A DNA stretch of 64,000 nt from a virus (lineage: Duplodnaviria > Caudoviricetes): IMG/VR virus record IMGVR_UViG_3300045049_000504, positions 1,119-65,118 of that record, one strand, 5' to 3'. This document shows positions 36,518-46,770 of this stretch, in pieces. Numbering within the stretch: the first letter of the stretch is position 1; each line of letters opens with the position of its first letter. Position numbers and translations under genes: made by a program. The notes under the pieces were generated by a model, which had not been told where the DNA came from, did not search any database, and saw nothing but the letters and a program-made list of their open reading frames with translations.

Positions 36518-36901
36518 ATGGGCTGGAAGGCCGACGTCGCTCGCTGGCGCGCCGAGAACCGCGAGCTGCTCGTGAGGACGCGCGCGCTGCTGATCGCGTT
36601 CTCGCACCACTCGGTGCTGAAGCGCATCTTCTTGAACCGCCTCATGGACGTAGAAGACGACCTCTCTCTCCCCGACGACGAGCGCTGGTGGCCGAGCGGG
36701 CTCCGCTGCTCGCGCGAGGCCGTCGCCGCCTGGCGGCTGCCGGAGGGCGCCACCGCCGAGCTGCCGCCGGGCTCGTCGGCGCTGCTCGACCGCGCGGACC
36801 TGTGCCGCGGCTGCCTCAAGCGCGGGCGCGAGCGCCGCCCGTCGGGCACCTACCGCGAGCTGTGCGCGCGCTGCCGCCGCGACGGACGGGAGATCAAGTG
36901 A
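36518..36901 (+). CDS. Hypothetical protein with C-terminal CxxC..CxxC
   Basis: SD AAGGAGG; CRGC..CARC. Confidence 0.65.
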   Translation: MGWKADVARWRAENRELLVRTRALLIAFSHHSVLKRIFLNRLMDVEDDLSLPDDERWWPSGLRCSREAVAAWRLPEGATAELPPGSSALLDRADLCRGCLKRGRERRPSGTYRELCARCRRDGREIK

Positions 36902-39297
36902 GCGAAGTCAAGGACTACTGGGGCCGGCCGCTGTCGCTGTACGTCAACGGCTTCTTCGACAACGAGCCGCGCGACTCGGGCTTCACGGCCGAGGAGGTGG
37001 TCTCGTTCCTGACCGACTTCGACGAGCCGGGCTGCGACGTCGCGACCTGCGTCGGGAAGGAGTGCCCCGCCAAGACGTCGGCGACGAGCTGGAGCCCCGT
37101 CGAGTACGACGGCGCCGACACGCGCGCCAACGCGAACGTGCGCGCCGTCAACTACCTGGTGATCGACCTCGACCACCTCCGAGCCGGCGACCTCGACAGG
37201 ATCCGCGCGAGCTTCGGCGACTACGAGCACGTCGTCCACTCGACGCACAGCCACGCCCCCGGCGACGAGGCCTACCGCGTCGTGTTCCCGCTCTCGCGCC
37301 CCGCCACCCCGCAAGAGTGGCCGCGCGTCTGGGGCTCGTTCGTGCGCGTGCTCGGGTTGCCGGCCGACCAGCAGTGCAAGGACCCGAGCCGGCTCTACGG
37401 CGGGCCGACCTGCCGCGCCGGGGCGCCGAGCTTCAGCGACCACAGCCGCGGCGAGCCGGTCGACGTCGACGAGGCGCTCGAGGTCGCCGAGCAGCTCGGG
37501 CTCGGCCGCGCGCGCCCGGCGCCCGCCCCGCGCGCGACCTCCGACGCGCCGCCGCCCTCGAGCGCGCCCGCCGCGGTCGACCTCGCGGCCCTGCGCGAGC
37601 GCCTGGCCGAGGCGCGCCGCTCGAAGGCGCACGGCGACGAGCGCGCGAAGGAGCAGGCGGACCTCCTCGGGCGCGTGCTCGACGGGCGGGCCATCGCCGA
37701 GGTCGGCGCGCGCCACGGCGCCCGCGTCCGCGTCGCGGGGCTCCTCGCGCACTGGCTCCCGGGCGGCACGCCGTGGGAGGTCGCGCTCGAGCTGCTGCGC
37801 CCGTGCCTGGTCGCGACGCCGCTCGCCGACGGCGAGAGCTTCGACGCCGCGGTCGAGAAGACGCGCGCCCTCTACGAGGACTCGATGCGCGGGCGCGTCG
37901 CGGCCGACGAGAAGCGCGCCGCCGAGGACGCGGCCATCAAGGCCATCGCGAAGAAGATCAAGAACAAGGCCGGCGCCTCCCACGCCGAGATCGCCGAGGC
38001 CGCCGGCGGCGACGAGGACGCCTGGCAGGACCAGCTCATCCTCGCCCGCGACGGCGTCAAGGGCAACGAGTGGAACGCCAGGCTCATCCTCACCTGCGCG
38101 CCCGAGACCCGCGGCATGATCCGCTGGAACGAGATGGCCAAGCGGGTCGAGGTGGTCGGCGGCGCGCTGGCGGGCGTGCCCGTCGACGACCTGCCCGTCG
38201 CGGCCGCGGCGCTCGCGCAGAAGGAGTACGCGTTCGGCGGCGGCAAGCACGTCATGGCCGACGCGCTCCTCCGCGTCGCCCGCGAGAACCCGCGCGACCC
38301 CCTGCGCGAGTACCTCGGCGAGGTCGCCTGGGACGGCGCGCCGCGGCTCGACACCTTCCTCGAGGCGTACGTCGGCGCCGCGGTCGACTCCGACGAGCGG
38401 CGGCGGTACGTGCGCGCGGTCTCGCGCCGCTGGCTCATCTCACTCGTCGCCCGCGCGCTCAGGCCGGGCTGCAAGGTCGACACCGTGCTCATCCTCGAGG
38501 GCGCGCAGGGGCTCGGCAAGTCGTCGGCGCTCGAGGCGCTCGTCGGCAGCGAGTATTTCCTCGACACCGCGCTCGACATCGGGTCGAAGGACTCGATGCA
38601 GGCCATCGCCGGCGCCTGGCTCGTCGAGCTGGCCGAGCTGGCGAGCTTCCGCCGCGCCGACACCGAGCGCGTCAAGTCGTTCCTGACGTCGAAGGTCGAC
38701 AAGTTCCGCCCGCCGTACGGGGCGACGCTCCTCGACTCGCCGCGGCGCTGCGTCGTTGCCGGCACCTGCAACCCCGAGGAGGGCGTCGGCTACCTCAAGG
38801 ACCGCACCGGCAACCGCCGCTTCTGGCCGGTCGCGATCGACCGGCGCCCCGACCTCGACGGCATCCGCCGCGACCGCGAGCTGATCCTGGCCGAGGCGGT
38901 GCGCGCGCTCAACGCCGGCGAGCGCTGGCACCTCGACCACGAGGAGGGCGCGCTCGCGGCCGAGGAGACCGACCTGCGCATGGAGGAGGAGTCGCCCATC
39001 ATCACGGCCATCGGGCGGTGGTGGCGCGGCGAGCGCCCCGAGCGCCGCCCTCGCCAGGTGACGTCGCTCGACGTCGCCGAGATGGCGCTGAAGATGGACG
39101 CGCGCGAGGTCGACCGCTCGGTGCAGACCCAGATCGGGTACGCGATGACGCTGCTCGGGTTCGAGCGCGGCTCGGGTCGCGAGCGCCCGCGGCGGTACCT
39201 GGCGACGGAGGAGCTGCTCTCGATGCCGCAGGAGACGCCGGCCGCGCGCCAGGCGGGGCTCGCGCTCGTGCGCGGGCTCAAGGACGCGAAGAAATGA
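36898..39297 (+). CDS. AEP-type primase fused to a VapE/VirE-like P-loop ATPase
   Basis: VIDLD, HSTHSH, YRVVFPL, KDPSRLY; GCKVD..ILEGAQGLGKS, FRPPYG, DRTGNRRFWPV. Confidence 0.92.
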   Translation: MSEVKDYWGRPLSLYVNGFFDNEPRDSGFTAEEVVSFLTDFDEPGCDVATCVGKECPAKTSATSWSPVEYDGADTRANANVRAVNYLVIDLDHLRAGDLDRIRASFGDYEHVVHSTHSHAPGDEAYRVVFPLSRPATPQEWPRVWGSFVRVLGLPADQQCKDPSRLYGGPTCRAGAPSFSDHSRGEPVDVDEALEVAEQLGLGRARPAPAPRATSDAPPPSSAPAAVDLAALRERLAEARRSKAHGDERAKEQADLLGRVLDGRAIAEVGARHGARVRVAGLLAHWLPGGTPWEVALELLRPCLVATPLADGESFDAAVEKTRALYEDSMRGRVAADEKRAAEDAAIKAIAKKIKNKAGASHAEIAEAAGGDEDAWQDQLILARDGVKGNEWNARLILTCAPETRGMIRWNEMAKRVEVVGGALAGVPVDDLPVAAAALAQKEYAFGGGKHVMADALLRVARENPRDPLREYLGEVAWDGAPRLDTFLEAYVGAAVDSDERRRYVRAVSRRWLISLVARALRPGCKVDTVLILEGAQGLGKSSALEALVGSEYFLDTALDIGSKDSMQAIAGAWLVELAELASFRRADTERVKSFLTSKVDKFRPPYGATLLDSPRRCVVAGTCNPEEGVGYLKDRTGNRRFWPVAIDRRPDLDGIRRDRELILAEAVRALNAGERWHLDHEEGALAAEETDLRMEEESPIITAIGRWWRGERPERRPRQVTSLDVAEMALKMDAREVDRSVQTQIGYAMTLLGFERGSGRERPRRYLATEELLSMPQETPAARQAGLALVRGLKDAKK

Positions 39298-39551
39298 GCG
39301 CGGACCACGGCGAGGTCGCGGCGCTGAAGAGCGAGGTCGCGCGGCTCAAGGGCGAGCTGGCCGCGGCGCGCCTGGCCGCCCGCGCGACGCCGCCGTCGGA
39401 GCTGGAGGAGGAGCGCGACGCCCTGCGCCGCCGGCTCGCCGAGCGCGACCGCGAGCTGGACGCGCTGAAGAGGCGACAGGCGTCGGAGGAGACGCGCGAG
39501 GCGGTATCAATAGCGCAAGGGGAAGACTTCGCGGTCGAGACCGCGGACTGA
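39294..39551 (+). CDS. Coiled-coil hypothetical protein
   Basis: ATGA overlap; heptad pattern. Confidence 0.55.
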   Translation: MSADHGEVAALKSEVARLKGELAAARLAARATPPSELEEERDALRRRLAERDRELDALKRRQASEETREAVSIAQGEDFAVETAD

Positions 39552-39583
39552 CGGACGGCGCGCCGAGGGGCGCGCGGTGTCAC

Positions 39584-40294
39584 ATGGAAGACCTGCGCAT
39601 CGATCTGCCGGGCGACGACGGGCGCGTGCGGTTCCGCTTCAAGAACGGCCAGTTCACGGTCGAGATCGCGGACGACGACCTCGGCAGGTCCGCCGAGGCG
39701 GTCTTGTTCGCGAGTGACGTCGACCTCGCGGTCGTCCGCGACTGGCTCGCGCGCGCCGCGGCCGAGGCGCCGAAGCCCGACCCGCTGAAGGTTTACCACT
39801 TCCGCGTCGGGCGCGGGTACGCTACCGTCGCCGCGAACGAGAAGACGCTCGTCGCCGGCGTCGCGCTCTGCGCCCCCGGGGACGCGTTCTCGGCCGCCGA
39901 GGGCGAACGCATCGCCCGCAGCCGCGCCGACGACAACTGGGACTGGGGCGACCCGCAGTGGCAGCGGCTCCAGATCTCCGACCTCCCCGCGCACGTCTCG
40001 CTCGGGGAGCGCGCGCGCCGCAACCTCGAGTTCATGATCGACGCCTGCGACGCGCCGGCGTGGGCGAAGGGCGCGGAGATCGCGCCGGTCGCGGAGACGC
40101 ACGTCGGCGCCTGGCTCGACGGTGGCTGCGCGATGTGCGGCAAGGACTCGCGCGACCACAACAACTTCGCCTGCGACGAGTGTTCCAACGGCATCTATGG
40201 CGTCGGTTGGCGCGGGTTCAAGGCCAGGTTCAACGAGGCGGTCGAGGCTTGCAAGCGCTACGCCGCCGGCCGCGTCGCGAAGCCCGCCCGATGA
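39584..40294 (+). CDS. Hypothetical protein with CxxC..CxxC
   Basis: CAMC..CDEC; GC3-rich codon usage. Confidence 0.6.
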   Translation: MEDLRIDLPGDDGRVRFRFKNGQFTVEIADDDLGRSAEAVLFASDVDLAVVRDWLARAAAEAPKPDPLKVYHFRVGRGYATVAANEKTLVAGVALCAPGDAFSAAEGERIARSRADDNWDWGDPQWQRLQISDLPAHVSLGERARRNLEFMIDACDAPAWAKGAEIAPVAETHVGAWLDGGCAMCGKDSRDHNNFACDECSNGIYGVGWRGFKARFNEAVEACKRYAAGRVAKPAR

Positions 40295-40800
40295 TGCGCC
40301 CGGTCTTCCTCGACCTCGACGCCCTGGTCTCGGCCGGGCGCGTCGAGGTCGCCTGGCGCGAGGTCGTGCCGCAGCTCTCGCCGCAGGAGGCGATCGACGA
40401 GACCATCGCCTCGGTGGCGGCGACGTTCGAGCCCGCGGCCGTGGCGGCGCTCGACCGCGCGTGCCGGCGCGGCGGCGCGACCCACGTCGTCTTCGCGACC
40501 CGCTGGCGCGGCGCCTGGTCGACGATGGAGATGGCGCGCATGCTCGTGACGGCGGGCTTCCGCGCGACGAACCGGTTCTCCTCGACCCGCGCGCCGCTCG
40601 ACGACGAGCCCGCGCACGCCGGCGTCCGCGCCTGGCTCGAGGAGTGGGCGGGTGAGGTCGACTCCTTCGCGCTCGTCGCGCCGCGCCCGCTCGCCGACGG
40701 CGACCCGCTCGCCCCGTTCGCCTGCGCCGGCGCGCGCGAGGTCGTGGACCTCGACGCCGCGCAGCGGGCGGTGGCGATCCTGACCGGAGGTCTGTCGTGA
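40291..40800 (+). CDS. Degenerate HAD-like protein
   Basis: VFLDLD motif I; VVFATRWR resembles the SSxWR motif; no clear C-terminal DD. Confidence 0.5.
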   Translation: MMRPVFLDLDALVSAGRVEVAWREVVPQLSPQEAIDETIASVAATFEPAAVAALDRACRRGGATHVVFATRWRGAWSTMEMARMLVTAGFRATNRFSSTRAPLDDEPAHAGVRAWLEEWAGEVDSFALVAPRPLADGDPLAPFACAGAREVVDLDAAQRAVAILTGGLS

Positions 40801-41285
40801 GGTTCGCGTTCGCGACCGCGCTGTTCTTGCTCCTGACGGGCTGCGAGCGCGAGGGTCCGCACCGCCACGAGCGCGCGCAGGTCGTCTCGCTCCCGTACGT
40901 GCCGGCGTCGCGCTCGTCGACGAGCGGCGTCGGCGTCGACCCGGAGAACGGGCACGTCGTCGTCGTGGGCGGCGAGTCGTCGTCGCCGGCCGTGTACGGG
41001 GTCGTGCTGCGCTGCCCGCACGGCAAGTTCGCGACGTCGGGCTCCGACGAGTGGCACGAGCGCCTGTGGAAGTCGCTGCGCGAGGACGAGTGGGTCGACG
41101 TCGAGTACGTCGAGATCCTCGACGACCGCGGCAAGGTCGTGCGCATGAAGACGACGGCCATCACGCCCGACCTCGAGGCGCGAGCGCCGTGCAGCTGGCA
41201 CCCGAAGATCCCGTCGAAGCCGTCGCCCGACGACCTGCCCGACTACGGCTGGGCGCCCGAGGACTACTACGAGGCGTCGCTGTGA
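40797..41285 (+). CDS. Putative lipoprotein
   Basis: MRFAFATALFLLLTGC lipobox. Confidence 0.65.
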   Translation: MRFAFATALFLLLTGCEREGPHRHERAQVVSLPYVPASRSSTSGVGVDPENGHVVVVGGESSSPAVYGVVLRCPHGKFATSGSDEWHERLWKSLREDEWVDVEYVEILDDRGKVVRMKTTAITPDLEARAPCSWHPKIPSKPSPDDLPDYGWAPEDYYEASL

Positions 41286-41379
41286 CGTCCCTGCGCGCCT
41301 GGTTGCGCGACCTCAGCTACCTCGCCGCGGCGGTCGCCGGGTTCGCGCTCGGCGTCGTCGATCGGCTGCTCGGTCGCTC

Positions 41380-41565
41380 GTGAGCCGCCCCGTCCACGCC
41401 GGTGACCACAAGGCTCCGCACGAGCCGTGGTGCCGCGAGTGCGAGAACTACTACTGGCACGAGACCTGGTGCCAGACCGGCGCGGTGCCGCCGCTCGCCG
41501 ACCACCACCGCTGCCCCAGCTGCGGGACGAGGGTGCCGTGCCCGTCGACTACGCCGCGCTCCTGA
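41380..41565 (+). CDS. Small Cys/His-rich Zn-binding protein
   Basis: HEPWCREC..H..C..CPSC. Confidence 0.45.
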   Translation: MSRPVHAGDHKAPHEPWCRECENYYWHETWCQTGAVPPLADHHRCPSCGTRVPCPSTTPRS

Positions 41566-43505
41566 AGAAGCTCCCGCCGCCGAAGGCGGCCGCCCCCGAC
41601 GCGGCGAAGCCGAGGCTCGAGCGCAAGTGGGGCAACGGCCCCGTCATCGGCCCGTGGGGCGACGGCGCGGCAGACGGCGAGCTGCGGTACGTCTCGCCGA
41701 GCCAGCTCGAGCGGTTCGACCCCGAGTCCGAGGGCGGCTGCATGCGCAAGTGGTGGTTTCGCTACCGCCTGCGCCTGCCCGACAAGAAGACGAAGGCGAA
41801 GGACCTCGGCACGCAGGTCCACGCGCAGCTCGAGCACTACCTGAAGACCGGCGACGACGTCCTCGGCGACCTCGCCGCGGCGGGGCGGCGCTTCGTGCCG
41901 TCGCCCGGGAGCGACCTCCTCGTCGAGTCGGAGTACGGCGTGCCCGCGTGGCCCGGGCCGGTCGACGCGCCGGTCAGCTCGCCCGTGCGCGCGGCAGGCG
42001 TGCCGATCGTCATGAAGATCGACCTCATGCACGCGCGCGGCACGTTCCTCGACGACTCGGGCGCGCTCGTCGCCGACCCGCCGCGCACCGTCGAGGTCCG
42101 CGACTGGAAGACGACGAAGCAGATCGACGACCTCTACGACGACGACGGCAACCTGGTGCAGCGCGGCTACGCCAAGCGGGCCGAGGACCTCATCAAGACG
42201 TGGCAGATGCCCGCGTACGGCGCGCTCGCGCTAGCGACGGGCGGCCCCTGGTCCTACGTGCGGCTCTCGCACGGCTACTTCCAGACGTACAAGTCGCGCG
42301 CCGCCGCCCTAAGGTCGTCGCTGCACGCGGCCGACGAGATCCGCGCGAGGTGGGACGCGCCCGCCGAGCGCCTCGTGGAGAAGATGAAGGCGGTCGCGCG
42401 AGCGACCAGGGTCGAGGACGTCCCCGCGAACGCGCCGCGCGCCTGCCAGGCGTTCGGCGGTTGCCCGTACCAGAACCAGTGCCCGCGCGACAAGAAGGCC
42501 GTGCTGGCCGCCATGCTCGGAAAGAACAAGGAGAGGACCGCGATGAGCCTGAAGGCGCTGCTGAAGAACAAGAACGCCGCGCCCGCCGCCCCGGCGACGA
42601 AGCCGGCCGCGTCGGAGGTCGAGACCGAGAAGGCGAAGCTCCTCGCCGAGGAGCGCGCCGTCAAGCGGGGCGGCGGCATCGAGCCGCCGGACAAGCCCGC
42701 CCCCGACAAGATCGCCGAGCCGCACCCGACGATGTTGATCAAGGTCGAGGCCGAATGCGGGCACACGGTCCCGCTCGAGCAGACGTCGAAGCTGCCGAAC
42801 GGCGTCGTCAAGCACATCGGCTGCGACAAGAAGGTCGAGGCCGAGGCGCCGAAGCCCGCCCCCGAGGCAAAGGCCGAGCCCGCGAAGCCGGCGCCCGGCG
42901 ACGACTGCCCGGTCGGCGGCACGCAGCAGAAGATGGACGCGTCGGCGAAGAAGTACGAGTGCGCCTGCGGCGCGACGCTGAAGGTCAAGAAGCCGTCGAA
43001 GATGCCCGACGGCGCGCACTACTCGATCGTGCCGGCGCACGAGGTGCCGGGCGACATCGCCGGGCCGCCTGCCGAGGAGAAGCCGGTCGTCGCGGAGCCC
43101 GCCAAGGTCGAGAAGGTCGTCGAGAAGGTAGCCGCCGCAGCCGCGCCAACGGACGACCACTACCACTACTGGAAGCCGGTCGCCGGCGTCGACTGCCAGC
43201 GGAAGACGGTCGACCTCTACCTCGACGCGGTCGAGGACGGCGTCGCGACCCAGCGGCTCGAGGCGTACGCCGAGAAGCTCTGCGCCGACCTGGCCGAGCA
43301 GTACGGCGCGGCCGACGTCCGCTGCGCGCCGTCGGACAGCCCGCTCGCGTTCGGCAAGTACAAGGGCGCGCTCGCCGCGGTCGTCCGCGCGCAGCCGCCG
43401 GCGCCCGGCGCGTACGTCGTCAGCGGCGCGTCGGAGCTGGGTATGATCGCGTTCGAGACGCTGTCGTCGATGAAGCTCGGACGCGTCGTGCGGGGCGCCA
43501 AGTGA
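41538..43505 (+). CDS. Cas4-like PD-(D/E)XK exonuclease with long C-terminal extension
   Basis: SPSQL..CMRKWWFRY, GTQVHAQLE, KIDL, DWKTT, Q..AY, CQAFGGCPYQNQC. Confidence 0.88.
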   Translation: MPVDYAALLKKLPPPKAAAPDAAKPRLERKWGNGPVIGPWGDGAADGELRYVSPSQLERFDPESEGGCMRKWWFRYRLRLPDKKTKAKDLGTQVHAQLEHYLKTGDDVLGDLAAAGRRFVPSPGSDLLVESEYGVPAWPGPVDAPVSSPVRAAGVPIVMKIDLMHARGTFLDDSGALVADPPRTVEVRDWKTTKQIDDLYDDDGNLVQRGYAKRAEDLIKTWQMPAYGALALATGGPWSYVRLSHGYFQTYKSRAAALRSSLHAADEIRARWDAPAERLVEKMKAVARATRVEDVPANAPRACQAFGGCPYQNQCPRDKKAVLAAMLGKNKERTAMSLKALLKNKNAAPAAPATKPAASEVETEKAKLLAEERAVKRGGGIEPPDKPAPDKIAEPHPTMLIKVEAECGHTVPLEQTSKLPNGVVKHIGCDKKVEAEAPKPAPEAKAEPAKPAPGDDCPVGGTQQKMDASAKKYECACGATLKVKKPSKMPDGAHYSIVPAHEVPGDIAGPPAEEKPVVAEPAKVEKVVEKVAAAAAPTDDHYHYWKPVAGVDCQRKTVDLYLDAVEDGVATQRLEAYAEKLCADLAEQYGAADVRCAPSDSPLAFGKYKGALAAVVRAQPPAPGAYVVSGASELGMIAFETLSSMKLGRVVRGAK

Positions 43506-43900
43506 GCGCCGCCGTCGACCCCGAGTCGGAGCTGCGCCGGGCGATGAAGATCGCCGAGGCGGGCGGGCTCACCATCGTGCGCGAGGAGTTCGGCGTCGAC
43601 ATCGCCGAGTACAGCGGCGCGCCGCGCTTCGGCCGCGACAAGCGCTGCTGCGCGTTCGGCGCGCTGCTGCTCTCGTCGGTCTGCGAGGTCGAGCGCCGCC
43701 CGGACGGCTTGCGCCCCGACGCCGAGGCCGCGTCGCGCGCGCTCGCCAAAGAGAAGTTCGGCTGGACCGACGCGCAGTTCAACGCGTTCCTCGGCGGGTT
43801 CGACGACGGCGACGCCGACGGCGTGGACGGCTCTCCGTCGGAGATTGGCCGCAAGCTCTCGCTCGAGTTCGTCGGGCCGTTCGCGGAGGTGGACGCGTGA
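43502..43900 (+). CDS. Hypothetical protein
   Basis: GTGA overlap; CCAFGALL..AFLGGFD. Confidence 0.6.
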   Translation: MSAAVDPESELRRAMKIAEAGGLTIVREEFGVDIAEYSGAPRFGRDKRCCAFGALLLSSVCEVERRPDGLRPDAEAASRALAKEKFGWTDAQFNAFLGGFDDGDADGVDGSPSEIGRKLSLEFVGPFAEVDA

Positions 43901-44145
43901 GCGAGACCCGCCCGCTGAAGTTTGCCTCCGTCGAGGAGGCCGAACTCGTCCTGCGCCCGTACCTCATCAAGGACCGCCTGGCGGCGATGCGCGCGCTGGG
44001 CTTCGACCTCTACGCGTACACGCGCCAGGAGGTCGCCGACTTCATCGGCGCGAGCCGCGAGCGCGTGACCCGCGAGATGCTGCGCGCCCGCCGCGACGCG
44101 AACGAGGCCAAGGCCGACGGCGGCTGCGTCGGAGGTGTCGAGTGA
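43897..44145 (+). CDS. Small Crp-type HTH protein
   Basis: TRQEVADFIGASRERVTR matches the Crp HTH pattern. Confidence 0.7.
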   Translation: MSETRPLKFASVEEAELVLRPYLIKDRLAAMRALGFDLYAYTRQEVADFIGASRERVTREMLRARRDANEAKADGGCVGGVE

Positions 44146-44819
44146 ACACGCTCGATCCCAAGACCCGGTTCCTGTGGCTCGACGTCGAGACCACCGGGCT
44201 CGACCCGTCGGAGGACCTCCTGCTCGAGGTCGCCTGGTGGCCGTCGCGCTCGTCCGACCCGTTCGACCTCGACCCGTGCGGCGCGCGCTCCGTCGTCCTC
44301 GGGCACGACGGCGCGGACCTCGGCAAGAAGCTCAGCCCCGTCACCTGGGACATGCACTGCAAGAACGGGCTCCTCCCCGAGGTCGTCCGGTCGAAGGTCG
44401 ACCGCGCCGAGCTGCGCAACCGGCTCCTGACCGAGGTCATGGGCGCGGTCATGCATTTCGGCAACCTCTCCGACAACCTCTCCGACGGGTGGAAGCCGTC
44501 TGAGACGTGGCACCTGGCCGGCAACTCGGTCCACTTCGACCGCGCCTTCCTCGACTGCAACGCCGGCGCGTTCGCTCGCCGGCTCTCGCACCGCGTCCTC
44601 GACGTCTCGGCCGTGGCGCTGCTGGCGCGCTCGGTCGGGATGCCGATCGACCGGCGCGTGCCGGCGCACCGCGCGCTCGACGACGTGAAGTCGTCGATCC
44701 TGCAGCTGCTCGCGTGCCGGCGCTTCTTTAACGACGTCTACGACATCAAGTACACCTTCGTGGCGCACGACCTCGAGTTCGAGAAGATGGTCCGCGCCGC
44801 ACCCGCCAACGTCGGTTAG
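44142..44819 (+). CDS. Oligoribonuclease-like DEDDh 3'-5' exonuclease
   Basis: WLDVETTGLDP, MHCKNGL, LAGNSVHFDRAFL, HRVLDVS, HRALDD. Confidence 0.88.
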   Translation: MNTLDPKTRFLWLDVETTGLDPSEDLLLEVAWWPSRSSDPFDLDPCGARSVVLGHDGADLGKKLSPVTWDMHCKNGLLPEVVRSKVDRAELRNRLLTEVMGAVMHFGNLSDNLSDGWKPSETWHLAGNSVHFDRAFLDCNAGAFARRLSHRVLDVSAVALLARSVGMPIDRRVPAHRALDDVKSSILQLLACRRFFNDVYDIKYTFVAHDLEFEKMVRAAPANVG

Positions 44820-44820
44820 G

Positions 44821-46662
44821 TTGGCGCGCCCCGAACTCATGACCCGCGCCGCGGTGCGGGGGAGCGAGGACCTCGACCGCGTCCTCGCCCTCCCGCGCCG
44901 CGAGCCCGTCGAGGCCGGCTCGGCGCGCGCCCGCGCGCTCGTCGAGCTGGTCACGGCGCGGTTGCGGCGCCCGGACCGCCCGCCGGGGGCGGCGTGCGGG
45001 TGCCGCGCGCTCGGGCGCAAGCGCTGCGTCGAGGAGCTGCTCTTCGAGCAGGCGTGGGCGCTCTACGAGGCGCCGCTCGCGGGCGGACTCCTCGCGCCCA
45101 TCGGGGTCGGCGGCGGAAAGACGATCCTGAACCTTCTCATGGCGATGGTCATGCCCGACTGCCGGACGGCGGCGCTGTTCGTGCCGCCGGGGCTCGTCAG
45201 CCAGCTCCGCGACGAGTACCTGGCCGTGCGCGAGCATTTCCGCGTGCCGTCGATCGTCTTCCCCGACGGGTCGGGGTACTACGTGGCCGGCGCGCCCGTC
45301 GTCCACGTCATCCCGTACTCGAAGTTCTCGCGCAAGGAGGCGACGGACAAGCTCGAGAAGCTCAAGCCCGACCTCTGCCTCGCCGACGAGGCGCACAACT
45401 TCAAGAACCCGGCGTCGATCCGCACGGGGCGGTTCTTGCGGTTCTTCGCGGAGCACCCCGACACGCGGCTGTGCGCCTGGTCGGGCTCGATCACGTCGAA
45501 GAGCATCAAGGACTTCGCGCACATCGTCGCGCTCGCGCTCGGCGACGGCAGCCCGCTCCCGCTCGACCCGGACCTGTGGGACTCGTGGGCGGCGGCGATC
45601 GACCCCAGCGACTGGCCGGCACCGCTCGGCGCGCTGCGGGCGTTCCTCGACCTCTACCAGGTCAAGTCGATCTGGGAGGCGCTGCGGCTGCACATCACGC
45701 GCACCCGCGGCGTGGTGACGACGACGTCGGCGGGCTCGTGCCCGGCGAGCATCTACCTGCGCGAGCGGGAGTGCGCACCGATGCCGCGGCGCCTGCGCGA
45801 GATGATCGACGACGTCAAGACCTCGTGGACGCGCCCCGACGGGGAGGAGTTCGTCGAGGCGCTCGAGGTCGCGTCGTGCGTCGAGCAGCTCGCCAGCGGG
45901 TTCTACTACCGGTGGCGGTTCCCGACGCGCCCACCACTCGAGCTGGTCGAGGAGTGGTACGCGGCCAGGAAGGCGTGGAAGCGCGAACTGCGCGACGAGC
46001 TTCGCGACCCGCGCCCGCACCTCGACTCGCCCGAGCTGCTCAAGAACGCGGCCGAGCGGCACGAGCGCGGTTACGTCGGCGAGCTTCCGACGTGGCAGTC
46101 CGAGACGTGGGCGCGCTGGCGGGACGTCAAGGACCGCGTGCCGCACGAGACCGAATGCGTGTGGGTCGACGACTACCTGGTCAAGGACGCCGCCGACTGG
46201 GCGCGCGCGCACCGCGGGATCGTCTGGTACGAGTACTCGGCCTTCGGCCCGGCGGTGGCGAGGCTGGCCGGGGTGCCGCTGTACGTCGGCGGCGAGAAGT
46301 CGGCGGCCGAGCTTCGCGCCGAGAAGGGGAAGCGGTCGTGCGTGATCACGTGGGTGAGCCGCGGCACGGGCTGGAACGGCCTGCAGCACATCTACGACGA
46401 GCAGCTGGTGGCGAACCCGCCGTCGGACGGCGGACTGTGGGAGCAGCTCCTCGGGCGCACGCACCGGCTCGGGCAGGATTCCGACGAGGTGGTGGCGCAC
46501 TGCTACCGCCACGCGCCCGAGTTCCGCGACCCGCTCGACCGCGCGCTCGTCCTCGCCAAGTACATCGAGGGGATCAGCGGCAACAAGCAGAAGCTGCTGG
46601 CGGCGAACGTGGAGTGGGACCTGAAGAAGAGCGTGGCGAGGTTGCTGGGCGACGGGCGGTGA
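44821..46662 (+). CDS. SF2 (SNF2-like) DNA helicase
   Basis: GVGGGKT, LADEAH, SGS, GTGWNGLQ, EQLLGRTHRLGQ. Confidence 0.9.
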   Translation: MARPELMTRAAVRGSEDLDRVLALPRREPVEAGSARARALVELVTARLRRPDRPPGAACGCRALGRKRCVEELLFEQAWALYEAPLAGGLLAPIGVGGGKTILNLLMAMVMPDCRTAALFVPPGLVSQLRDEYLAVREHFRVPSIVFPDGSGYYVAGAPVVHVIPYSKFSRKEATDKLEKLKPDLCLADEAHNFKNPASIRTGRFLRFFAEHPDTRLCAWSGSITSKSIKDFAHIVALALGDGSPLPLDPDLWDSWAAAIDPSDWPAPLGALRAFLDLYQVKSIWEALRLHITRTRGVVTTTSAGSCPASIYLRERECAPMPRRLREMIDDVKTSWTRPDGEEFVEALEVASCVEQLASGFYYRWRFPTRPPLELVEEWYAARKAWKRELRDELRDPRPHLDSPELLKNAAERHERGYVGELPTWQSETWARWRDVKDRVPHETECVWVDDYLVKDAADWARAHRGIVWYEYSAFGPAVARLAGVPLYVGGEKSAAELRAEKGKRSCVITWVSRGTGWNGLQHIYDEQLVANPPSDGGLWEQLLGRTHRLGQDSDEVVAHCYRHAPEFRDPLDRALVLAKYIEGISGNKQKLLAANVEWDLKKSVARLLGDGR

Positions 46663-46700
46663 AAAATAAATTCGGCCTCAGGCGAAGCGGCGCTCGAGTT

Positions 46701-46716
46701 GGGCGCTAGCTTAGCA
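46701..46716 (+). promoter_or_regulatory. Weaker sigma54-type promoter upstream of the SSB-like gene
   Basis: GGGCGCT-AGCT-TAGCA; flanks CGCTCGAGTT and TAGCACTC shared with the 567 promoter. Confidence 0.4.
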
Positions 46717-46770
46717 CTCAAGCGCGGCCGCTCACGGGCGGCCCCATCGGGTAAACGGGAACGGTTCGGG

